Positions 20,259-27,335 of a DNA stretch of 34,846 nt are shown piece by piece. The position numbers and the translations under genes were made by a program. The notes under the pieces were generated by a model. The model had not been told where the DNA came from and made no database searches. It saw only the letters and a program-made list of their open reading frames with translations. The stretch's first letter is position 1, and every line of letters begins with the position of its first letter. Where the stretch lies: positions 1-34,846 of the forward strand of contig VEPD01000380.1 of the NCBI GenBank assembly GCA_012027035.1, in the 5' to 3' direction. Origin of the DNA: Ruminiclostridium sp. (lineage in GTDB: Bacteria; Bacillota; Clostridia; Acetivibrionales; DTU013).

Positions 20259-20296
20259 AGCCACAACCTAGTCAATAGAAGGGTTGTGGCTTTTTA
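20259..20296. terminator. bidirectional rho-independent terminator inside the IS, downstream of the transposase stop
   Basis: 10-bp stem AGCCACAACC (20259-20268) / GGTTGTGGCT (20282-20291). It is flanked by AAAAAAA (20250-20256) and TTTTT (20291-20295), so it would stop both GH3 read-through and the transposase transcript. Confidence 0.7.
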
Positions 20297-20315
20297 TCGT
20301 TTTAACAAATGTGTG

Positions 20316-22067
20316 TCAGAAAGGACTCATTTTTTTCACATCGCCTAGAATTTTTTTAATATCTGCGAGGCATAGCCGTTTTCGTGTAAAATCAATTCCA
20401 AACGCATCACCTAGCTCATCAGTTATTTCATTTCTGTGGCCAAACAAGTAGATGTTCTCATGCTCGTTCATACACTCAATTTGTTTCAAGTTTTCAATAA
20501 CCGTTTCAGCGGAATGCTTTCCTCCAGTCTTCTTCTGGATAATGCGTAAGATCGCTAGTGAAATAAAACAGGTAAGAAAATGCGCATTTATATGCTCATA
20601 TTCGTTTACATAGACAGGGCGCGTCTCAAGATTGCTCTTCGTGATCTTAAACGTCTCTTCGATTTCCCATAAGCCGCGATATGTGTCGATGATTTCGTCA
20701 TTGCTCATTTCATGCTCGCTTGTCACAATAGCATAGTACCCGTCATACTTTTCTTCTTCTTTGATTTTGTCGTAGTTAACGGTGAGGCGCTTGACGATGA
20801 TCTCACCGGTTTCCTTGTCGAATTCCAGATTGTCAACGTATGCGGCGGCACCATACGCGGTAGCTTTGTTATACTTTTTCGGATCCTCTACGAGAGCCTC
20901 CGCTTTGGTGATGACTTCGGCACGCTCAGCCCTAGCTTTAAGGAAATATTTCTTTGACCAGAAGACCACTTGTTTTTCATATACATGCTTTGTATTCTGC
21001 GTTCTCCCACTTTCCATCGTAACGTTGATTTCCCTGCGAATTTGCCTGCTCTTGATCATGAAATCGGTGTCGTCAGTTGCTGGTTTCCCCTTGCTGTCAA
21101 TGTAGCCGGAAGGATTCAGTACATACTCCTTGAATGCTTTCGAACCGCCGCGCACAGAAAAACTGAATACATATCCGTTTCTTGGCTTCTCTGGTTTATC
21201 GCCGATCAGATAGTAGATGTTATCGCCGGTGATGATGCCCATATCGGCGACAACGATGATGCGACCGGTATTGTAGTTCTTCCTGACCTCACCGATGACG
21301 GAACGGAAGGTCTCCTTGTCGAGCCTGTTCCCCGGGAAAAGCTCATAGTGCATCGGCACGCCGCTGGCATCCATCGCAAGCCCCATCTGTATGATTGGTT
21401 TCTTGCGGTTCTGCTTCGCCTTCCCGTACCTTCTGTGTTCGTCCTGTTGGCTGACCTCGAAATAGTAGTTGGTCACGTCATAGTAGACGATGCTTGTGTC
21501 GCTCCCGTATTTCTGCCGTATATTGTCGTACAGGAACCGCTGTAGGTCCTCCGATATCTTGTCGTAATGGGTGAGGGCGCGATACATATCGGCAAGTTCA
21601 AAGTCGAAACGCTCAAAGAATTTTGCTTTGTGGTCGAATGACTTTTTCTTTGAACCGGGATACAGCAAGCGCGACATCACAAGAAGGAGCATGATTGAGT
21701 TTGTGTTGAATTTGAAGCCTTCCTTGGCCATCATGGCTTTGAGGAATTCGTGCAGGCCGAGTTCGTGGTAGACCTTCAACGGCACGGCATAGCCGAGGTT
21801 CTTCATCCCCTCCGCCTTTTCTGGCAGGCACTCGTCCATGTCAATGGTGATTGAAACTTTTCTTCTCGTATTGTCTTCGGCAGTCATTTGTTTGGCGACT
21901 GCCTTGAAGTGAGCGATCGGATCGGGGAATTCCTTCTCAAGTTCGTCAAGATAGCCGAGGGATCGGATGGTAGTTCCGGTACTTTTCTTGGTTGCTTTGT
22001 CCCTGTACCGCTTTTCAATGGACAGGTATGTCCTGCCGTTTTTCCTGTTTGACACGTTAAGGCGCAT
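20316..22067 (-). CDS. IS1634-family DDE transposase (IS4 superfamily)
   Basis: N-terminus MRLNVSNRKNGRTYLSIEKRYRD..SLGYLDELEKEFPDPIAHFK is typical of proteins annotated as IS1634 family. DDE/YREK signatures VYYDVTNYYFE, VVADMGIITGDN and YRGLWEIEETFKITK. This is the only long minus-strand ORF that does not shadow a + strand gene. Confidence 0.85.
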   Translation of the reverse strand: MRLNVSNRKNGRTYLSIEKRYRDKATKKSTGTTIRSLGYLDELEKEFPDPIAHFKAVAKQMTAEDNTRRKVSITIDMDECLPEKAEGMKNLGYAVPLKVYHELGLHEFLKAMMAKEGFKFNTNSIMLLLVMSRLLYPGSKKKSFDHKAKFFERFDFELADMYRALTHYDKISEDLQRFLYDNIRQKYGSDTSIVYYDVTNYYFEVSQQDEHRRYGKAKQNRKKPIIQMGLAMDASGVPMHYELFPGNRLDKETFRSVIGEVRKNYNTGRIIVVADMGIITGDNIYYLIGDKPEKPRNGYVFSFSVRGGSKAFKEYVLNPSGYIDSKGKPATDDTDFMIKSRQIRREINVTMESGRTQNTKHVYEKQVVFWSKKYFLKARAERAEVITKAEALVEDPKKYNKATAYGAAAYVDNLEFDKETGEIIVKRLTVNYDKIKEEEKYDGYYAIVTSEHEMSNDEIIDTYRGLWEIEETFKITKSNLETRPVYVNEYEHINAHFLTCFISLAILRIIQKKTGGKHSAETVIENLKQIECMNEHENIYLFGHRNEITDELGDAFGIDFTRKRLCLADIKKILGDVKKMSPF

Positions 22068-22226
22068 TTTGTCCTCCGTATGTACAATGTGGATTTATAT
22101 ACATTATATCACAGTCGGACATTTTCGTACACAAGAATATTACAAATAATCAAAAAAAACAGCCCGACTCGGCTTTTATTTCAATGGTTCTAACCTTTTG
22201 GTATTCAATTATGCTGTAAAACTCCC

Positions 22227-22344
22227 GGAATCTCAGCGCCAGGTTTGAAGTGGAATAGAGAGTAAGGATAGTTAGTGTAAAATAGTTTATACAAAATAAT
22301 AACAGTTTGTACAAATTCAAGTTGACTTTTCTAAAGCATAATAT
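22227..22344. repeat. right copy of the long direct repeat flanking the IS (includes an orphan copy of the GH3 3' end ..NLSARFEVE*)
   Basis: See 20108-20227. The one substitution inside the duplicated coding part (gag to gaa) is synonymous. Confidence 0.9.
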
Positions 22345-22349
22345 ATAAT
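22322..22349 (+). promoter_or_regulatory. near-consensus sigma-A-type promoter pointing into the AT-rich block
   Basis: TTGACT (22322-22327), 16-nt spacer, TATAAT (22344-22349). The -35 lies inside the direct repeat. In the left repeat copy (TTGACT 20205-20210) the -10 is replaced by IS-end sequence. Confidence 0.5.
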
Positions 22350-22462
22350 GTAATTGTACTACAAAATACAAAATACATAACATAAATAACTTTTTTAATA
22401 TTTGATTTATAAGGTATTAGTGGTAAAGTTTATTAAAGGGGGATATATGGTATAGTTATACC

Positions 22463-22664
22463 TTGACATTTTATATAAATCATTTAAAAAGTGGTGGACA
22501 TATAGGACCGATGCATATTCCTAATCTTTAGTACCTTTATGCAGATGATAGTACAAATCAATGTGTGGACGGCTCTTTTCAGGAATAAGACAGATGTTAA
22601 CGGAGTTACTCTTGATGAAATGATCGGATATGTCTTCATAAGCACAATTATGCATATTATCTGA
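22463..22664 (+). pseudogene. decayed N-terminal fragment of an ABC-2 (ABC2_membrane_6-type) permease, frameshifted and truncated
   Basis: Two frames read (L)TFYINHFKKWWTYRTDAYS* (22463-22524) and CIFLIFSTFMQMIVQINVWTALFRNKTDVNGVTLDEMIGYVFISTIMHII* (22512-22664). Together they mimic the N-terminus of the intact permease at 30318 (MYYFKTTFKNSLVYRWSVFFS...INIMLWRVLYQNNITMISYMTRYTIISNIIMMF). Confidence 0.5.
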
Positions 22665-22861
22665 TGCAATAACGACATGAGGTAGCAGTATTGTATATAT
22701 CGTTTACTGATTTCAAGCACTTATTAGAAGTTGGGGGGTGGGTCCCTTGATGGATGATAAGGATCATACAGCGATTAGCCGTTAGTGTACAAGCCAAGTT
22801 TGGAAAATAATGTAGACGAAAGGGCGAAGCTATGCCTTGACGCCATAAACAAGGGAAGTCG

Positions 22862-23389
22862 ATGTCATATTGGTATATATTTTGGGTCTTGACGGGTCAT
22901 GAGAGGCAAGTTGAAAAAAGTATAATGGATCAATTGTATGATGAGAACATTGTACCTTTCATCCCCATGTTGGAAACTCTTTTTAAAAGAGCCGGTAAAG
23001 TGAAGAAGGAGCTAAACATTATGTTTCCAGGGTATGTGTTTGCTGAATCGGATATGGAAAGCGTAGAGTTCTTACAACGCACACATCGTTTCGTCAGGGC
23101 ATCCAAAGATATTATCGGGATTTTAAGGTATGGCAACTCAGATGAGATTGCTGTCAGGGAAGAAGAGCGAGCAACACTCTTGCGCTTTTGCAATGACGAT
23201 CACTGTATTGAGGCTTCAATGGGTTTTATTGAAGGAGGTAGATTTTATATTGAAAGCGGTCCTATGGCAGGGATGGAAAGCGTTATAAAGGAAATTAACA
23301 GAAAAAAGATGGAAGCATCATTTGAATTGGAGTTTATGGGAAATATAACGCGGTTCACAGTGGGACTTGAGCTATTGAGGAAAATATAA
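22862..23389 (+). CDS. loaP: NusG specialised paralog, LoaP-like processive antiterminator (NGN + KOW)
   Basis: 175 aa. NGN start YWYIFWVLTGHERQVEKSI, MFPGYVFAE, and a KOW-like IESGPMAGMESVIKEI. RBS GGGAAG lies 5 nt upstream. It sits at the head of a long same-strand accessory operon, the typical LoaP context. Confidence 0.7.
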   Translation: MSYWYIFWVLTGHERQVEKSIMDQLYDENIVPFIPMLETLFKRAGKVKKELNIMFPGYVFAESDMESVEFLQRTHRFVRASKDIIGILRYGNSDEIAVREEERATLLRFCNDDHCIEASMGFIEGGRFYIESGPMAGMESVIKEINRKKMEASFELEFMGNITRFTVGLELLRKI

Positions 23390-23618
23390 AAACAAATGGT
23401 TAATGTTATGCAAGTCAGGTATGTTGGCATGCGTTATGTAGAGAGTGTGAAATTAGGCGGGTTCACAGTTTACAAAAATCATATGAAAGGTATCCAAATG
23501 GTATATGAAAAAAAGATTATGGGGCATTATATTCGCCCTAATGGGCGGTCGATTCCAGACCGATTAGGATGTTCTTTTTCTCAAAGGTTTTAAGATGGGA
23601 TCACATCCTTTAAAGTAG

Positions 23619-23779
23619 TAGACAACTGTTTTGACCCACTTAGTTTTATTCTCATAGACTTGCGGGAGATAAAAGTTTAATAACTTATCCAACTATAAAT
23701 GATTTAAATAAAACTGTGGCAATACACTCCATCAAATAGTCAAAGCAATAGGAAAAAATAAAAAGTCCACAGTTGTCTA
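23619..23779 (+). promoter_or_regulatory. long-range perfect 11-bp inverted repeat in the loaP-to-adenylase leader; a candidate promoter lies inside it
   Basis: TAGACAACTGT (23619-23629) and ACAGTTGTCTA (23769-23779), separated by 139 nt. TTGACC (23631-23636), 18 nt, TAGACT (23655-23660) is a weak promoter candidate. Confidence 0.3.
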
Positions 23780-23821
23780 AATCCATTATAGCAGATAATC
23801 ACAATATAGGCGAAAGCCGCG

Positions 23822-23870
23822 CGAATTTGGAAAGATTCAGTCGCTACGCTCCTTCATCTTTCCAAATTCG
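23822..23870 (+). promoter_or_regulatory. perfect 15-bp-stem hairpin 50 nt upstream of the adenylase start (candidate leader RNA element; no U-tract)
   Basis: CGAATTTGGAAAGAT (23822-23836) / ATCTTTCCAAATTCG (23856-23870) with a 19-nt loop. It is followed by ATAGCTTACAAG, which is not a T-run. Confidence 0.5.
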
Positions 23871-23920
23871 ATAGCTTACAAGAAGAGAGCGTAAATATTT
23901 AAAAGGAGCGTATGATTTAG

Positions 23921-25393
23921 TTGTTAACTATATCATACAAGAATAAAATGAAGAATGTTACAACTATGATATGGAATCAATTCAAGAGTAAACCAGAGTC
24001 TATCGCGGTTCAGACAATGAAATTTGTTTATTTATATAGTGATTTAGAGATACTTGTGAAAAAGTATATGACAAAAATATGTTCAGTTACAAATAAACAA
24101 AAGTGTATTATCGGTTTGTATCTTTCACGGAGTATTCATTATATAGCTAGTATGATAGCAGTATTGGCCTGCGGTTGCTCGTTTTTGCCACTTGATAAGA
24201 AAATGCCTTTTGATAGGCTACAAAAGATCATTAAAACTTGCAATGTAAAAATTATTATTGCAGATACTGATGTTGTATTTAATGAAAATCTAGCAATAAC
24301 AACTATAACGGTATCCGATGTTTTGTCAATTGAATCAATTGTAGAAGAAGCGCCGTATATTCAATCGATCGAAAGTAAAGATTTGGCATACGTAATTTTC
24401 ACTTCCGGAAGTACTGGTTTTCCAAAAGGTGTATTGATTTCACACTATGCATTATTTCATTTTTGTAATGTTTTTGTGAATGCTATCACAATGAAAGAAT
24501 ATCAAAGCATATTGGCATTAGCAAATACTGCTTTCGATATGTCTATTGTTGATATGCTCGTATCCCTTACAATCGGTATGCGGATTATTTTAGTGACAGA
24601 TCAAGATTTATTGCACCCAAGGAATATCATAAATATTATTAACAAACTAAAACCAGATATAATTCATTTGACCCCATCTCATTTAATATATCTTAAGGCG
24701 TATCAAAGAGAATTTAATTGGGTTTCTAAGGTAAGACTTATTATATTAGGAGGAGAAAAAGTTAACCAATCGCATTTGGAATTGTTAAAAGCGTATTCGG
24801 GCGTACGTATATTCAATGGGTATGGGCCAACTGAAGCAACAGTATGCTTTTCTATAGGGGAATTAACACATGATGATGGAATTCATGTAGGGAAACCTTT
24901 GGAAGGTATGAAGTTCAAAATAGTAGATGATAAGTTTCAAGAATGCACAGTTGGTGAACTATTATTGACAGGTCCATGTTTATCACTGGGATATATTAAC
25001 AACATTGTTCAAACAAGAGAAAAATTTCGATTTGTGCGTAATAATTTGTATTATTGTACGGGTGACATCGCAACAATTGATAAAAATAATAACTTAATTA
25101 TTTATGGGAGAAGTGATAATCAAGTTAAAATTGCCGGACATAGAGTTGAGCTGGAAGATATTGAAGAAAATATAATAAAGAATATTCCACATATTGTGCA
25201 ATGCATTGTTATTTACAAGGAAAAAGTTCTGAATTGTTATTATAAATCATCATGTTCAATCAACATTAATGATACATATATTAAGCTAAAAGCATTATTA
25301 CCGTCTTACATGATACCATCGGTTTTTACAAAGATTCAAAACTTTTCTTTAACTCCAAATGGGAAAATTGACAGGAAGATATTTATTGAATAA
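23921..25393 (+). CDS. standalone adenylation enzyme (ANL superfamily, DltA/NRPS A-domain-like, amino-acid activating)
   Basis: Core motifs LAYVIFTSGSTGFPKGVLISH (A3), FDMSIVDM (A4, with the Asp that binds an alpha-amino group), NGYGPTEATV (A5), YYCTGDIA (A7), GRSDNQVKIAGHRVELEDIE (A8), LPSYMIPS (A9), LTPNGKIDRK (A10). The start is uncertain: TTG 23921 lies 12 nt after AAGGAG, and in-frame ATGs lie at 23948 and later. Confidence 0.85.
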   Translation: MLTISYKNKMKNVTTMIWNQFKSKPESIAVQTMKFVYLYSDLEILVKKYMTKICSVTNKQKCIIGLYLSRSIHYIASMIAVLACGCSFLPLDKKMPFDRLQKIIKTCNVKIIIADTDVVFNENLAITTITVSDVLSIESIVEEAPYIQSIESKDLAYVIFTSGSTGFPKGVLISHYALFHFCNVFVNAITMKEYQSILALANTAFDMSIVDMLVSLTIGMRIILVTDQDLLHPRNIINIINKLKPDIIHLTPSHLIYLKAYQREFNWVSKVRLIILGGEKVNQSHLELLKAYSGVRIFNGYGPTEATVCFSIGELTHDDGIHVGKPLEGMKFKIVDDKFQECTVGELLLTGPCLSLGYINNIVQTREKFRFVRNNLYYCTGDIATIDKNNNLIIYGRSDNQVKIAGHRVELEDIEENIIKNIPHIVQCIVIYKEKVLNCYYKSSCSININDTYIKLKALLPSYMIPSVFTKIQNFSLTPNGKIDRKIFIE

Positions 25394-25420
25394 AATTTTT
25401 ATATAGTGGAGTTGATTATT

Positions 25421-26389
25421 ATGTCAAAAAATGTATATAAGCTTAATCTGGAGATGTTAAGAAAAAAGGATGAGGACATTATAAGAAAGAATAGATTTTT
25501 GTACCAGAAATTAATCCCAATTATTAGTGATGTCGAAAGCTTTAAAATACCTTATGCTATAATCAAAGGTGAGGCATTATCAATACAAGCATATGGTAAA
25601 AAAGGATATCGTAATTCAAAAGATATTGATATATTAGTTCCAAGAAATTACTGTAAGCAATTTCAAGATATTTTGTTGAATCATGATTTTCAAGAAGCTG
25701 TTTTTGATTCTATGGGAAATCAAAGATCATTGACAAGATATGAAAAAATAATGTTTAGGAGTTCACATCAAATCGTACCATATTTTAAGGATTTCTCAAA
25801 TGAGAGGCTATCATTAGATGTTAATGTTGACATATTTTGGGGTGAATATACAGGAAAGAAGATGGACATAGTTGATTTTCTATCAGATACCGTAAATACC
25901 GAATTTTATGGGTTTACAGCTAGGACACTTTCGCCATTAAAAGCGTTCGTTCATATGTGTCTTAATTATTATAAGGATATGCATGCGTTATACTATATAA
26001 TCAAATCTAATCCTTTTACAGAAAAAGTGTTTCAAGATATATATGAATTCTATAAAAGACAAATTGATGCAGATATTGATAAGTTATTAGTTTACACCAA
26101 AACACATGGACTTAACGAAATAATATACTATATTTTATATTATACAAATCAAATTTTTCGAGACGATTGCCTAACGAAAAATGTTGATAAATTTAAAACG
26201 GAGGCGGCTATATTTGAATTAAATAAATACGGTTTAAACAAGAATGAGCATAAAGAATGGCCTATCAGTTTCTTTGATAGAATGAACCATCCCAATTTAT
26301 ATAGTGTAATTAAATCTGATCTAACTGATATGGACAAACAAAAAATTGAAGCTGTAATAAGCATATTTAAAAAAGAAGTGGATGTTTGA
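25421..26389 (+). CDS. uncharacterised nucleotidyltransferase family protein (NTP_transf_5-like)
   Basis: IKGEALSIQAYGKKGYRNSKDIDILVPRNYCKQFQDILLNHDFQ matches the lKG.al....Y...R...DiDlLv signature. ATG 25421 (RBS GTGGAG 25406-25411) is preferred over the tracked GTG 25406. Confidence 0.6.
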   Translation: MSKNVYKLNLEMLRKKDEDIIRKNRFLYQKLIPIISDVESFKIPYAIIKGEALSIQAYGKKGYRNSKDIDILVPRNYCKQFQDILLNHDFQEAVFDSMGNQRSLTRYEKIMFRSSHQIVPYFKDFSNERLSLDVNVDIFWGEYTGKKMDIVDFLSDTVNTEFYGFTARTLSPLKAFVHMCLNYYKDMHALYYIIKSNPFTEKVFQDIYEFYKRQIDADIDKLLVYTKTHGLNEIIYYILYYTNQIFRDDCLTKNVDKFKTEAAIFELNKYGLNKNEHKEWPISFFDRMNHPNLYSVIKSDLTDMDKQKIEAVISIFKKEVDV

Positions 26390-26500
26390 TGCTGTATAGA
26401 ATTTAATCTTTTTGAAGACAAAGTGATTTCAAAAACTAGCTGGAAGGGTACAAGGCAAAAACTAGACGGAAATACTGTAAATTAAGTAATAAATATCAAA

Positions 26501-26737
26501 TTAGTGGCATGATCTTTGACAGCGGATCGCTTGCCACAATAACTGCCAAACTGTGATAGAATAATAACCGAGGTCAAGCATTAATACGAGCGATCGTATT
26601 ATACCTTGCCGATTGATGGTGGGGCGGCCGTCATCAGCATACAAATGTTTGATAAAGGGAGGCTGGCTGTCCAGGTGAGAAGATATAGTATTGTCAGAGA
26701 CAACCTTTGATACCACAGCCAGCCTGCTTCGCTCCAT
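26501..26737 (-). pseudogene. possible transposase N-terminal remnant inside a GC-rich scar in the AT-rich cluster
   Basis: The 78-aa minus ORF ..YADDGRPTINRQGIIRSLVLMLDLGYYSITVWQLLWQ.. resembles the GRP....llr.l.l...g.S helix-turn-helix start of IS5/IS1182-like transposases. Local G+C is about 30/60 at 26581-26640, versus about 15/60 in neighbouring genes. The family is not securely recognised. Confidence 0.3.
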
Positions 26738-27063
26738 TTAGAGAAAGAATAGCATTTCAAGCAGGAGTTTCTGTTGGTAGCCTTAATGAGGAATCCAGTC
26801 TTGTAGTATAAATCACCTCTGTGGTCAGAATAATGTTAAAAAAAAACATCAATCGATTATTGGAGGCGATTTAAAAATGTCAAGGATAATATGAACTAAA
26901 TATGCAAATCAGTGGTAATTTACTGGTAAATATTTGAGAAGAAAGTGGATAATTTTGGGGTATGAACTTATTATCATATCTGAAATACAAGAATCGAAGG
27001 CTCTATGGAGTTTTCGAGAAGATAAATATACATTACATTAATGTTGGAGGGGGATTATTTATC

Positions 27064-27303
27064 ATGGAAAAGTTGGTTATTGAGAAAGTGTTACTTATTG
27101 TTAATGAGTATCTACCTATGAGTGTTAAGATCAATCAAATAGACGATGACCTAATACACTTCGGTATCGATTCAATAATGCTCATTCGAATAGTTGTTTC
27201 TGTTGAGGAAGCATTTCAAATTGAAATTCCGGATGACAAGTTACTTTTAAGTGAGATGGATACTGTAACTAAAATCGCAAATATAGTCATGTCAACCATA
27301 TAA
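27064..27303 (+). CDS. acyl/peptidyl carrier protein (80 aa)
   Basis: Phosphopantetheine-attachment motif LIHFGIDSIMLIRIV. RBS GGAGGGGG 27046-27053 precedes ATG 27064. The tracked start 26962 would add 34 non-homologous residues. Confidence 0.8.
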   Translation: MEKLVIEKVLLIVNEYLPMSVKINQIDDDLIHFGIDSIMLIRIVVSVEEAFQIEIPDDKLLLSEMDTVTKIANIVMSTI

Positions 27304-27335
27304 TTGTCTAATTTATCTGAGAAGAGGGGAATATT

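Larger units (their letters stand above)
20228..22226 (-). mobile_element. IS1634-family (IS4-superfamily) insertion sequence, ~2.0 kb, apparently intact
   Basis: Imperfect terminal inverted repeats GACTTTTACAGCACAA (20231-20246) and TTATGCTGTAAAACTC (22209-22224; reverse complement GAGTTTTACAGCATAA, 14/16 match). It carries a single 583-aa DDE transposase and sits immediately inside the long direct repeats. Confidence 0.75.

Noticed and set aside
22463-22468. TTGACA hexamer as a -35 promoter element upstream of loaP.
   Set aside because: No acceptable -10 lies at 16-18 nt (AAAAAG). The hexamer coincides with the start of the decayed permease reading frame instead.
22725-22738. TAGAAGTTGGGGGG (22725-22738) resembles TAGAAGATTGGGGGGG (34691-34706) near the two ends of the cluster, which could be att-like direct repeats.
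   Set aside because: It is only ~14 nt with a gap. Chance matches of that length are expected in a 35-kb window. AT-rich island sequence continues to the left of 22725, so it does not mark the compositional boundary.
23396-23593. A 65-aa ORF (MVNVMQVRYVGMRYVE...) as a possible RiPP precursor for the radical SAM enzyme.
   Set aside because: It has no RBS and no leader/core-like organisation or Cys/Ser/Thr-rich core. It is 3.8 kb away from the rSAM gene, and its position is better explained as leader RNA.
23390-23920. T-box riboswitch upstream of the amino-acid adenylase; ATAGGCGAAAGCCGCGCGAA at ~23806-23825 faintly resembles the T-box GGGTGGTACCGCG.
   Set aside because: The core GGTGGTACC is absent. 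No specifier-loop/AG-bulge architecture is recognisable, and the following 15-bp hairpin lacks the U-tract of a T-box terminator.
26500-26760. Cobalamin riboswitch upstream of the B12-dependent radical SAM operon (AAAGGGAGG..CCAGGTGAGAAG..CACAGCCAGCCTGC).
   Set aside because: The order and sequence of conserved elements (GGTGAAATCC, GCCACTG, B12 box AGCCAGGAGACCTGCC) do not match on either strand. A transposase-like reading frame on the minus strand explains the patch better.
26877-26894. Five-codon mini-ORF (MSRII*) with a GGAGG RBS upstream of the carrier-protein gene, as a possible leader peptide.
   Set aside because: It is too short and has no associated alternative structures. It is likely fortuitous.
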